Positions 17,493 through 25,251 of a stretch of DNA of 60,331 nt are shown piece after piece. The notes below the pieces were generated by a model. That model was not told where the DNA came from. It was given only the letters and a program-made list of their open reading frames with translations, and searched no databases. The position numbers and the translations under genes are program-made. Source of the stretch: Candidatus Binatus sp. (GTDB taxonomy: Bacteria; Desulfobacterota; Binatia; Binatales; Binataceae). Positions within the stretch are counted from its first letter, which is position 1, and the number at the start of each line of letters is the position of its first letter. Location of the stretch: assembly GCA_050010075.1 (NCBI GenBank), contig JBEKLS010000003.1:1-60331 (forward strand), given 5' to 3'.

Positions 17493-18314
17493 TTAAGCGA
17501 AAGGTTTGTCGCCGGCGATCGTTACGCGGTAGCCATAGCGGCGCTGCGGATAGTAGTCCCACAGCGCAAGATGCTGTGTGCAGCGGTTGTCCCAGAACAC
17601 CAACGAATTTGCTTCCCACCTGAAGCGGCACTGGAATTCGGGGTTCTCGATGTGCCGGAACAGCATCTTCAGGACGGCGTCGCTTTCGTGTTGCTCGAGT
17701 TGTACCAGTCGAGTCGTAAACATTCGGTTGACGAACAAAGCTTTGCGGCCGGTCTCAGGATGTGTGCGCACGACGGGATGCTCCGCGGAAGGAAACTCCG
17801 CGCTGCGGTCGGGATGAGACTGTCTGCCTTCGTAGTTCCGCGCGCCATCGTGAATCGCCGTGAGTCCGCTTAGAAACCGCTGCATCGAGCCCGAGAGCGC
17901 ATCGTGTGCTGCGTACATGCTCGCGAAGAGTGTATCGCCGCCGGTAGGCGGGACTTCGGTGAGGTAGAGCAGGGTTCCCATCGGGGGACGGACGTCGCAC
18001 GACACATCGGAATGCCATTGGTCGCCTGCGATACGCTTGGAGTTTTCATCGGCCTTGATCACGATGATCTCCGGATGTCCTTCGACGACGCCCAGAGGCG
18101 CCGGATGGATGTGAAGCGGACCAAAGCGCAGGCCGATTTCCTTTTGCTGCTGCAGCGTCAGATTCTGGTTGCGGAAGAAAATTACCAAATGATCGAGCAG
18201 CGCCTGGCGAACGTCGCGAAGGTCGTGATCGCTTAACGCGGCTAGATCGACGCCATCGATCTCGCCACCGATCGAAGGCGTGAGCTTGCGCACCGAAAAA
18301 CGTGTCTGGCTCAT
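17493..18314 (-). CDS. TauD/TfdA-family Fe(II)/2-oxoglutarate dioxygenase
   Basis: 273 aa. WHSDVSCDVRPPMGTLLYLTEVPPTGGDTLFASMYAAHDAL closely parallels the TauD HxD metal motif region. C-terminal WDNRCTQH. Confidence 0.88.
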   Translation of the reverse strand: MSQTRFSVRKLTPSIGGEIDGVDLAALSDHDLRDVRQALLDHLVIFFRNQNLTLQQQKEIGLRFGPLHIHPAPLGVVEGHPEIIVIKADENSKRIAGDQWHSDVSCDVRPPMGTLLYLTEVPPTGGDTLFASMYAAHDALSGSMQRFLSGLTAIHDGARNYEGRQSHPDRSAEFPSAEHPVVRTHPETGRKALFVNRMFTTRLVQLEQHESDAVLKMLFRHIENPEFQCRFRWEANSLVFWDNRCTQHLALWDYYPQRRYGYRVTIAGDKPFA

Positions 18315-18398
18315 CGTAGTGTTATCGCGCTAACTGGCGGCAGATAGCCATCACGATTCTCGAATTCTCCGCAGAGAACGCCGAAACCGCGGACTGTG

Positions 18399-18490
18399 TG
18401 GCGGAGAGGGGGGGATTCGAACCCCCGAGACCCTTTCGAGTCTACACGCGTTCCAGGCGTGCGCCTTAAACCGGGCTCGGCCACCTCTCC
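18399..18490 (-). tRNA. tRNA-Ser (anticodon GGA)
   Basis: Reverse complement folds as a cloverleaf. Acceptor stem GGAGAGG/CCTCTCC, discriminator G, encoded CCA. Anticodon stem CACGC/GCGTG with loop CTGGAAC. Long variable arm. T arm GGGGG-TTCGAAT-CCCCC. Confidence 0.93.
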
Positions 18491-18547
18491 GCGCGCGAAT
18501 CGCGATTATGCATCACGCACTCGCGCGGGGCCACAGACGCGACTCCG

Positions 18548-19093
18548 CTACCCAATCAGAGACGCCTCCAGGTACGGACGAAAATGCTGCAGTGCGGGAG
18601 TCTGCAAGCCGTATTGTTTGGCGGCCTCGTCCCATCGGCGGAGTTTGATAGCGTCGGCAGCGAACGAACGCTCGATGAATTCCGCGCTTTCGGCCGAGTT
18701 AAACGGGCCGCCTTGAAGCTCGAGCGACCGTATCGACGCCGGCGAGAGAGTCTTCGAGTACGCGGCGTCGCTGGCGCATAGAAAGCGTTTCGCCTCGACG
18801 TGCAACCTCACCGGCATCGTGACCGCATCGCCGAAAAACGCCGACAGCTTCCCGGCGCCCAGAACTTCATGACGATCGTCGATTCCGCGCCTGGCAGCGC
18901 CCGCGCCAAAGTCGTGGATTATATGACCGTAGTCATGCAGCAGGCTCGCGGCGATTAACGACGCGTCGGCGCCCGCCTGCTCAGCGAGCAGTGCCGTCTG
19001 TAACGCATGCTCGAGTTGATTTATCCGCTCGCCGCCATACGCACTGCCGCCGCGGTTGATATACACAGCAAAGATCTCATCAAGGGGCGACAT
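18548..19093 (-). CDS. HD-domain protein, PhnZ-like (phosphonate-degradation type HD oxygenase family)
   Basis: 181 aa. Candidate metal ligands H29, H53-D54, H75, H98, D155. Their spacing (24, 22, 23, 57) nearly matches the PhnZ ligand set as I recall it (H34, H58-D59, H80, H104, D161). Motifs QLEHALQTALLAE, LLHDYGH, GIDDRHE, RLHVEAKRFLCA, LRRWDEAAK. Confidence 0.7.
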   Translation of the reverse strand: MSPLDEIFAVYINRGGSAYGGERINQLEHALQTALLAEQAGADASLIAASLLHDYGHIIHDFGAGAARRGIDDRHEVLGAGKLSAFFGDAVTMPVRLHVEAKRFLCASDAAYSKTLSPASIRSLELQGGPFNSAESAEFIERSFAADAIKLRRWDEAAKQYGLQTPALQHFRPYLEASLIG

Positions 19094-19105
19094 GCTAGCG
19101 CGCTC

Positions 19106-19720
19106 CTACAGTCCCGGAAGCTTCGGCGTTTCCTTCCATGTTACGCGGCTCCGGATCGCATCGAGGTACGCCTGCACTTTGGGGAAAGCGCCGTAGCTGA
19201 AGCCCGCCTTTTCGACCACGTTGAGAACGGGCCCATATGCGCAATCGACCAGACTGAAGTCGTTGCCCAGCATCCACTTGCCCTTGGCGAGCTGCCCTTC
19301 GAGGATCTCGAGCACGGCCGGCAGCGCTTTCTCGCCGCGTGCGATCGCCGCTTCGTCGCCGGGAAGTCCGACGACCTTCACTGCGATGCGATTGAATGCG
19401 ATGTCGCTGGCCGGCGGCGAGACATGCCCCGACAGAAAATAAAGCCATCGCGCCGCATCGGCACGCCCGCCCGCCGACGTCGGCCATAGCTTCCCGGTCT
19501 TGTCGCCGAGGTACGACAGGATCGCGTGCGATTCCCACAGCTTCAGGTCGCCGTCGGTGAGAACCGGCACGCGGCCAAATGGGTTCAGCGCGAGGAATCC
19601 AGGCTCGCGCTGTTCCCGCTTGGTCAGGTCGACCGGCACGATTTCGCATTCGATCCCGAGTTCGAGTATTCCGAACCGGACCTTCTGCGGATTGGGTGAG
19701 GGAAAATAATAAAGTTTCAT
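19106..19720 (-). CDS. glutathione S-transferase
   Basis: The ATG at 19720 (GGAGA upstream) gives MKLYYFPSPNPQKVRFGILELGIECEIVPVDL...NPFGRVPVL...ESHAILSYL. The ORF-track extension to 19816 was rejected. Confidence 0.85.
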   Translation of the reverse strand: MKLYYFPSPNPQKVRFGILELGIECEIVPVDLTKREQREPGFLALNPFGRVPVLTDGDLKLWESHAILSYLGDKTGKLWPTSAGGRADAARWLYFLSGHVSPPASDIAFNRIAVKVVGLPGDEAAIARGEKALPAVLEILEGQLAKGKWMLGNDFSLVDCAYGPVLNVVEKAGFSYGAFPKVQAYLDAIRSRVTWKETPKLPGL

Positions 19721-19764
19721 CTCGATTCTCCCGCGTTCAGGATTTCTTCGACAATCTCGGAAGT

Positions 19765-20187
19765 TCATGCAGCCGCATAAGCTTTCGACTGGTAACGCCC
19801 CAGCACAAATTCCCATCCGCCGTCATAGCTCTTGCGCGCCTCGCGCAGTTTCTCGTCCTGATCGAAACCGCTGTGCTCGAGTTCGATCCTCGTGCCGGTC
19901 CCATCCGCGATGAATCGCACCTCGACCTGCGTCGTCAGCTCCCAACTCGGCGCCCGCCAGGTGAAGGCAACGGCCCTCGGCGGCTCGTACGTCGTTACCA
20001 GCCCGATGACATATTCCGTCCCGTCGGCGCGCTTCTCGAACAACCGTCCGCCGACCCGCGTCTCCAGCGTCATTATAATGTCGTCGCCGCCAAAACCGCC
20101 CGGCCACCATGCGCCTATTTCCGTGCAGAACACGCGGAACGCGATCTCGCGCGAGCGCTCCACCCGGATCCATTTGCGTATCGTCAT
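19765..20187 (-). CDS. SRPBCC/AHSA1-family protein
   Basis: 140 aa. Typical Aha1/SRPBCC pattern: IRVERSREIAFRVF..., EPPRAVAFTW, TRIELEHSGF. Its ATG overlaps the arsR stop (ATGA). Confidence 0.8.
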   Translation of the reverse strand: MTIRKWIRVERSREIAFRVFCTEIGAWWPGGFGGDDIIMTLETRVGGRLFEKRADGTEYVIGLVTTYEPPRAVAFTWRAPSWELTTQVEVRFIADGTGTRIELEHSGFDQDEKLREARKSYDGGWEFVLGRYQSKAYAAA

Positions 20188-20504
20188 TTCCTGCTCTCCG
20201 CGTAGCGTTTGAACGCCTCGAGTGCGGTGTCCCAGAAGGCCCCAACTTCCTTGAGCGTCTTCATCAACTGTTCGATCGCATCGCGGCCACCCGGCGCAAG
20301 CTCGTAGATTCGCTCCCGACCCATCTTCCTCGCCCTTACCAAACCCGCCCGCTGCAGTATCCGCGTATGTTTAACGACCGCCGGCCGGCTGATCGCGAAG
20401 CCGGTGGCAAGCTCGCCTGCGCGGCATTGCTTGATAGCGAGGCGGCGCAGAAGTTCACGTCGCGTGGGATCAGCCAGCGCGCCGATTATCCGGTCCAGCG
20501 GCAT
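20184..20504 (-). CDS. ArsR/SmtB-family transcriptional regulator
   Basis: 106 aa. ALADPTRRELLRRLAIKQCRAGELATGFAISRPAVVKHTRILQRAGLV is a canonical ArsR wHTH. Confidence 0.88.
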   Translation of the reverse strand: MPLDRIIGALADPTRRELLRRLAIKQCRAGELATGFAISRPAVVKHTRILQRAGLVRARKMGRERIYELAPGGRDAIEQLMKTLKEVGAFWDTALEAFKRYAESRK

Positions 20505-20505
20505 G

Positions 20506-20539
20506 GACAGATATGTAACCGAATGGTTTCATATCTGTC
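20506..20539. promoter_or_regulatory. candidate ArsR operator, 34-bp near-perfect palindrome in divergent promoter region
   Basis: GACAGATATG-tAACCgaatGGTTt-CATATCTGTC starts 2 bp upstream of the arsR start codon, between arsR (-) and the nitronate monooxygenase gene (+). Confidence 0.5.
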
Positions 20540-20643
20540 AAGCTTCAGTCGCGCACGCACGCGCTTGATCGCGCCGCATCGGGCGGACTAAGTAGTCATC
20601 AGGAGCCAGTCGCACAGACGGTTCACCACAGGAGAAGGCCTCG

Positions 20644-21645
20644 ATGCTGCATACGCCGATTTGCGATTACTTTGGAATCAAATATCCGATTCTGCTCGCC
20701 GGGATGGGCGGTGTCGCGATGCATAAGCTGGTCGCCGCGGTTTCCAACGCGGGCGGACTCGGCGTGATCGGCGCCGCGTCGCTCAGCCCCGACGATTTGC
20801 GCGCGGAAATCCGCGCGACGCGCGAGCTGACCGACAAGCCGTTCGCCGTCGATCTGCTCGCGCCGATTCCCGACATGATGCGCCCGCACGTGCCCGTGAT
20901 GATCCAGGAGAAGGTCAAGGTGTTCGTCGCCGGTCTGTCGGTGCCGCAGGAGTTCGTCAAGGTGATGCACGACAACGGAATGAAGATCGTCGTCATGTGC
21001 GGCAAGGTGCATCACGGGGTCAAGTCGCAGCAGGCCGGCGCCGACGTCGTGGTGGCGCAAGGCACGGAAGCGGGCGGGCATACCGGCGAGATCGGGATGC
21101 TGTCGCTGGTGCCGCAGATGATCGACGCCGTGCAACTGCCGGTGCTGGCCGCGGGAGGAATCGCGGACGGACGGCAGGTCGCCGCGGCGCTGACGGTCGG
21201 TGCGCAAGGCGTCGTGATCGGCACGCGCTTTATCGCAACGCCGGAAGCGCAGGCGGCGCAGGGTTATCGCGAGGCGATCGTCAAGGCGCATGAGGATTCG
21301 ACCCTGCGCACGCGCGCGTACACCGGCAAGACCTGCCGCGTAATTCGCACCGAGTACGCGCTCGAGTGGGAGAAAGACCCGTCGAAGATTCAGCCGTTCC
21401 CGCTGCAGGCGCAGACCTCGACGCGCAACGGCGTGATGAACTATACCGGGCGCAACGGCCTCGACGTCGATCCCAACCGCACCTTCATGCCGACGGGACA
21501 AGGCGCGGGACTGATTCGCGAGATCAAGCCGGCGGCCGAAGTGTTCGCAGATTTGCTGCGCGAGACCGAAGCAGCACTGCAAAAGGCGCAGCAGCTGCTG
21601 TCAGGGGATCCAGTGCGCCAGCATTCGGCGGCGCCTTCGCGGTAA
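20644..21645 (+). CDS. nitronate monooxygenase (NMO/2-nitropropane dioxygenase family, FMN)
   Basis: 333 aa. YPILLAGMGGVA, VVAQGTEAGGHTG, LAAGGIADGR. AGGAGAAGG upstream of the ATG. Confidence 0.88.
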   Translation: MLHTPICDYFGIKYPILLAGMGGVAMHKLVAAVSNAGGLGVIGAASLSPDDLRAEIRATRELTDKPFAVDLLAPIPDMMRPHVPVMIQEKVKVFVAGLSVPQEFVKVMHDNGMKIVVMCGKVHHGVKSQQAGADVVVAQGTEAGGHTGEIGMLSLVPQMIDAVQLPVLAAGGIADGRQVAAALTVGAQGVVIGTRFIATPEAQAAQGYREAIVKAHEDSTLRTRAYTGKTCRVIRTEYALEWEKDPSKIQPFPLQAQTSTRNGVMNYTGRNGLDVDPNRTFMPTGQGAGLIREIKPAAEVFADLLRETEAALQKAQQLLSGDPVRQHSAAPSR

Positions 21646-21697
21646 CAGGGAACGATAAAGGGTTACGGTAGAATTTCTTCTCGCCCGGTTTCTGGTT

Positions 21698-21721
21698 CCC
21701 TCCTCCCACATGGGAGGAGGG
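21698..21721. terminator. GC-rich hairpin between convergent genes (possible bidirectional terminator)
   Basis: CCCTCCTCCC-acat-GGGAGGAGGG: 10-bp perfect stem, 52 nt after the NMO stop. No clear U-tract. Confidence 0.35.
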
Positions 21722-21793
21722 TTAGGGTGGAGGAGAACTGTGCGGCGCGATTGTCTGTTGCGCCGCACATCCGGAATCTTCAGCAAATTTGGT

Positions 21794-21847
21794 CCCTCAC
21801 CCGCCACGCGAAGACGCGCGTCGGCCTCTCCCCTTGTGGGGCGAGGC
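21794..21847 (-). repeat. REP-like composite double-hairpin intergenic element, copy 1
   Basis: Reverse complement reads CCTCGCCCC-acaa-GGGGAGAGG, then a GC hairpin, then GGTGAGGG. Same architecture as 51223..51280. Confidence 0.6.
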
Positions 21848-21856
21848 AATTAGGAA

Positions 21857-22510
21857 CTACACGCCGCGCGAAATGCCTGGCCAGATCTGCTTGTGCATTT
21901 GCAGCTGCATCCGCGCCGGCAGTCTATCTTCCAATATCCACGATGCGAGCGTCGACGGCTCGAGCTGCCCGAATACTGGACTGAGAAGCAGTGCACCTGC
22001 GCGTTTCGCGAGATCGCGCGTGGCGATTGCGTCCCTGGCCCATTCGTAGTCTGTCCGATCGGCGACTACAAATTTGATCTCGTCGCGCATCGTCAGATGG
22101 TCGAGATTGCTCCACAGATTTTTTTCGCATTCGCCGCTGCCCGGACATTTCAGATCCATGATCTTGATGACGCGCGGGTCGAGCTTGCTCACATCGATCG
22201 AACCCGACGTCTCGATCATCACAGTGGCACCCGCTTCAAGCATCGCGTGCGTCAGCGGATACACGCCTTCCTGCAGCAGCGGTTCGCCGCCCGTCACTTC
22301 GATCAGGTCGCAGCGGTAGCCGCGGATTATTTCCGCGACTTCGACGATCGGCATCCGCCGGCCTTCGTAAAACGCGTACTCGGTATCGCACCATTTGCAT
22401 CGCAGGTTGCATCCGGTGAGGCGCACGAATACGCACGGCCGGCCGGCGTGCGTGGATTCGCCCTGGATGCTGTAAAAAATCTCGTTGATGTGCAGGCGTT
22501 CGGAAGTCAT
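21857..22510 (-). CDS. queE: 7-carboxy-7-deazaguanine synthase (radical SAM)
   Basis: 217 aa. INEIFYSIQGESTHAGRPCVFVRLTGCNLRCKWCDTEYAF is the QueE signature with the CxxxCxxC cluster. Confidence 0.88.
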   Translation of the reverse strand: MTSERLHINEIFYSIQGESTHAGRPCVFVRLTGCNLRCKWCDTEYAFYEGRRMPIVEVAEIIRGYRCDLIEVTGGEPLLQEGVYPLTHAMLEAGATVMIETSGSIDVSKLDPRVIKIMDLKCPGSGECEKNLWSNLDHLTMRDEIKFVVADRTDYEWARDAIATRDLAKRAGALLLSPVFGQLEPSTLASWILEDRLPARMQLQMHKQIWPGISRGV

Positions 22511-23688
22511 TGGTGGCCCGCGCGCGATCGTGCGGCGTCACGCGCTTCTTCCATCACGACGCGCAGCGCAACTTTATGCTCCGTGGCGATTCGCCGGCAG
22601 TCGTCGTATTCCGGCGAGATGGTGGCCGGCTCTCGGCCATGCGCGCCCGATATCTTGACGCGAACCTTGCCCCATCGCGTGTCGACCTCGTGAATCTCGC
22701 GATGCAATTTCAAGCGTGCGACCGCGTGAAACCTGAGCCCGATGGTCGAGGTCTCCGCGAAAATAATTTCCGCGATCGCTTCGCGGCTCGCGGCCTCGGC
22801 GATAATGCCAAGGGTCACTGCCGGGCGGCTCTTCTTCATCATCGTGGGCGTGAGCGTCACGTCGCGCGCGCCCGCTTCAAACAGGCGAGTCATCAGATGA
22901 TCGTAAATCTGCGGGCTGAGGTCGTCGATGTTGGCGGAGATTTCGATCATCTCGTCGCTGTCGAACGCGGTCCGCTCGCGCCCGATCATCAGGCGCAGCA
23001 TGTTGGGCCTATCTTCCAGCTCACGCGCACCCGCTCCGTAACCGATTTTCTCGACTTCAAACGCAAGCGGTATCGCGGCAGGCCGTGCGAGCGCGCGGAC
23101 CACCGCGGCGCCGGTCGGTGTCACCATCTCGTGCGCGCCGTCGCCGATTTTCAGCGGGAATCCTGACAGCAATTCGGCCGTCGCCGGCGCCGGCACCGGA
23201 ATGACTCCATGCTGCGATCGCGCGAAGCCGTTGCCCATCGGCAGCGGCGACACGATCACGTCGCCGACGCCGAGCTGATCGAGTCCCCATGCAGTGCCGA
23301 CAATATCTATGATTGAATCGACGGCGCCGACTTCATGAAAGTGCAAGTGGTCGGGTGTCGTGTCGTGAATTTTCGCTTCGGCTTGCGCGAGCACTTCGAA
23401 GATCGAAATCGCGCGATGGCGAATCGTCGCGGCGAGCGGCGATGCGTCGATCAGCGTGCGAATCTCGCCGAAATGACGCTCTGGCTGCGGCTCCGTCACG
23501 GTGACATCGAACTTGAGTGCGGAAATTCCGCTCAAGGTTTTGCGCCGGGTCGAGAGCCTGTAACCCGTCAGCGGCATCGACTTGATCGCGCGCTCGAGTT
23601 CACCAAAATCCGCGCCGCAATCGAGAATTGCGCCGACGATCATATCGCCGCTGAGGCCGGAGAACGCGTCAAAATAAGCGGTTTTCAT
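22507..23688 (-). CDS. larC: nickel-pincer cofactor biosynthesis protein LarC (DUF111 family)
   Basis: 393 aa. MKTAYFDAFSGLSGDMIVGAILDCGADF and HFHEVGAVDSIIDIVG are typical LarC N-domain motifs. Its stop overlaps the queE start (ATGA). Confidence 0.85.
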   Translation of the reverse strand: MKTAYFDAFSGLSGDMIVGAILDCGADFGELERAIKSMPLTGYRLSTRRKTLSGISALKFDVTVTEPQPERHFGEIRTLIDASPLAATIRHRAISIFEVLAQAEAKIHDTTPDHLHFHEVGAVDSIIDIVGTAWGLDQLGVGDVIVSPLPMGNGFARSQHGVIPVPAPATAELLSGFPLKIGDGAHEMVTPTGAAVVRALARPAAIPLAFEVEKIGYGAGARELEDRPNMLRLMIGRERTAFDSDEMIEISANIDDLSPQIYDHLMTRLFEAGARDVTLTPTMMKKSRPAVTLGIIAEAASREAIAEIIFAETSTIGLRFHAVARLKLHREIHEVDTRWGKVRVKISGAHGREPATISPEYDDCRRIATEHKVALRVVMEEARDAARSRAGHQ

Positions 23689-23757
23689 CGCGCAACCTTT
23701 ACATGGTAGCAGGGCGTCGATAGAATCAAAAATCGGCTTGCGAGAGATATTTCAAAC

Positions 23758-24117
23758 GTGAGGCAAAGAGACCTCAAGCTCTTTCGAAAATTGCTCGAAG
23801 GGCGCAAACGCGACATTCTCCAGGAATCGGAGCGCGCCGTCGGCACCATGAACAACGAGTCGGAAGAGGCGTACGCCGACCCGACCGATCGCGCGGCGCT
23901 GGAGTCGGACCGCAATTTCCTGCTGCGGATGCGCGATCGCGAGCGCAAGCTGCTGACGAAAATCAGCGAGGCGGTCGCGCGAATCGAGGACGGCTCGTAC
24001 GGACAGTGCGAGGAATGCGGCGGCGAAATCGGAATCGAGCGGCTGCGCGCGCGCCCCGTCACCACGCTGTGCATCGCGTGCAAATCCGCGCAGGAACTGC
24101 GCGAGTCGAAGATCTAG
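23758..24117 (+). CDS. dksA: DksA/TraR-family RNA polymerase-binding zinc-finger protein
   Basis: 119 aa, GTG start. Coiled-coil tip ADPTDRAALESD. C4 zinc finger CEECGGEI...CIAC. Confidence 0.85.
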   Translation: MRQRDLKLFRKLLEGRKRDILQESERAVGTMNNESEEAYADPTDRAALESDRNFLLRMRDRERKLLTKISEAVARIEDGSYGQCEECGGEIGIERLRARPVTTLCIACKSAQELRESKI

Positions 24118-24147
24118 GTAGTACTCCACCGGAAAAACCTCACTGCT

Positions 24148-25014
24148 ATGAAAGTAAAAAAGGCGGTCATTCTGGCGGCCGGGATGGGCACGCGGATGCT
24201 CCCGTCGTCGAAGGTCATCCCCAAGGAACTGCTGCCGGTGGTGGACACGCCGGCGATCCAGGTCGTCGTCGAGGAGGCGGTCGCGTCGGGCATCGAGGAA
24301 ATTATTCTCGTCATCAGCCCCGGCAAGGAGACCGTCGCGGAGCATTTCGAGAGCAACGCGGAACTCGAGCGCCATCTCGAGCAGCGCGGCAAGCGCGACA
24401 TCCTCGAGATCATTCGCAAGAGCAACAATCCCGCGCGAATTACGATGGCCGAGCAGCGGCAGCCGCTTGGCCTTGGCCATGCGGTGCTGCAAGCGCGCGA
24501 GGCGGTCGGCGACGAGCCGTTCGCCGTGATGCTCCCCGACGACATCTTCGACAGTCCGCGGCCATGCCTGCGCCAGTGTCTCGACGTGGCCGAGAAGTTT
24601 GATGCGCCGGTGGTTGCGCTGCTGCGGGTCGCGCGCAGCGAGCTGTCGAAGTATGGAATCGTCGATGCGGTCGCGGCGGGCGAGCGGACCTACGAACTGC
24701 GCGGGATGGTCGAGAAGCCGCCGCCTGAAAAAGCGCCAAGCGAGTTCGCAATCATGGGACGTTACGTGCTGACGCCCGACATTTTCGAACTGCTGGCCGA
24801 GGGCAAGCCGGGCGCCGGCGGTGAAATCCAGTTGACCGACGCGCTGATGGCGCTGACTGCGCGCCGCAAAATTTACGGCTACGAGTTCGAGGGCGTGCGC
24901 TACGATCTGGGCGATCGCGTCGGGTTCATCTCGGCGCAAATCGGCTTCGGCCTCAAGCGCGCCGATCTGGCCGACAGGTTGCGAGCCTATCTGAAGTCGG
25001 TTATCTCACAATAG
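24148..25014 (+). CDS. galU: UTP--glucose-1-phosphate uridylyltransferase
   Basis: 288 aa. KAVILAAGMGTRMLPSSKVIPKELLPVVD and VEKP motifs. Confidence 0.92.
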   Translation: MKVKKAVILAAGMGTRMLPSSKVIPKELLPVVDTPAIQVVVEEAVASGIEEIILVISPGKETVAEHFESNAELERHLEQRGKRDILEIIRKSNNPARITMAEQRQPLGLGHAVLQAREAVGDEPFAVMLPDDIFDSPRPCLRQCLDVAEKFDAPVVALLRVARSELSKYGIVDAVAAGERTYELRGMVEKPPPEKAPSEFAIMGRYVLTPDIFELLAEGKPGAGGEIQLTDALMALTARRKIYGYEFEGVRYDLGDRVGFISAQIGFGLKRADLADRLRAYLKSVISQ

Positions 25015-25036
25015 TATCGCGTTCCGGTCTCGGGAT

Positions 25037-25112
25037 GGGGCAGTAGCTCAGCTGGGAGAGCACTACGTTCGCAACGTAGGGGTCGAGGGTTCAAATCCCT
25101 TCTGCTCCACCA
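25037..25112 (+). tRNA. tRNA-Ala (anticodon CGC)
   Basis: 76 nt. Acceptor GGGGCAG/CTGCTCC with the G3:U70 alanine identity pair. Anticodon stem CTACG/CGTAG, loop TTCGCAA. T loop TTCAAAT. Encoded CCA. Confidence 0.95.
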
Positions 25113-25251
25113 TCCAGTCTCCAAGATCTCGGATATATCGGAGAATCGCGCAAATCAGGTTCTCGAAGCTGAACCTTCTTCGCGCGAACCAGGATCTGTC
25201 GAATCTCTCATGAGAATGAGATTTAACAGGCCCGATCAGGTCGTCCTCCGT

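Noticed and set aside
20623-21582. 319-aa ORF antisense to the nitronate monooxygenase gene. Similar long shadow ORFs occur at 23752..24939, 37381..38412, 42628..43374, 47876..48919, 33285..34118, 9599..10534, 8741..9463 and 27906..28403.
   Set aside because: All overlap genes with strong family signatures on the opposite strand. All have low-complexity Arg/His/Gly-rich translations. None has an RBS or a plausible start context.
25113-25251. Looked for an integration scar (a direct repeat of the tRNA-Ala or tRNA-Ser 3' end) that would signal a genomic island next to either tRNA
   Set aside because: No second copy of either tRNA 3' end was noticed in the window, and no integrase gene is present. 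Only weak short hairpins (for example TCTCAT-gaga-ATGAGA) occur downstream of tRNA-Ala.
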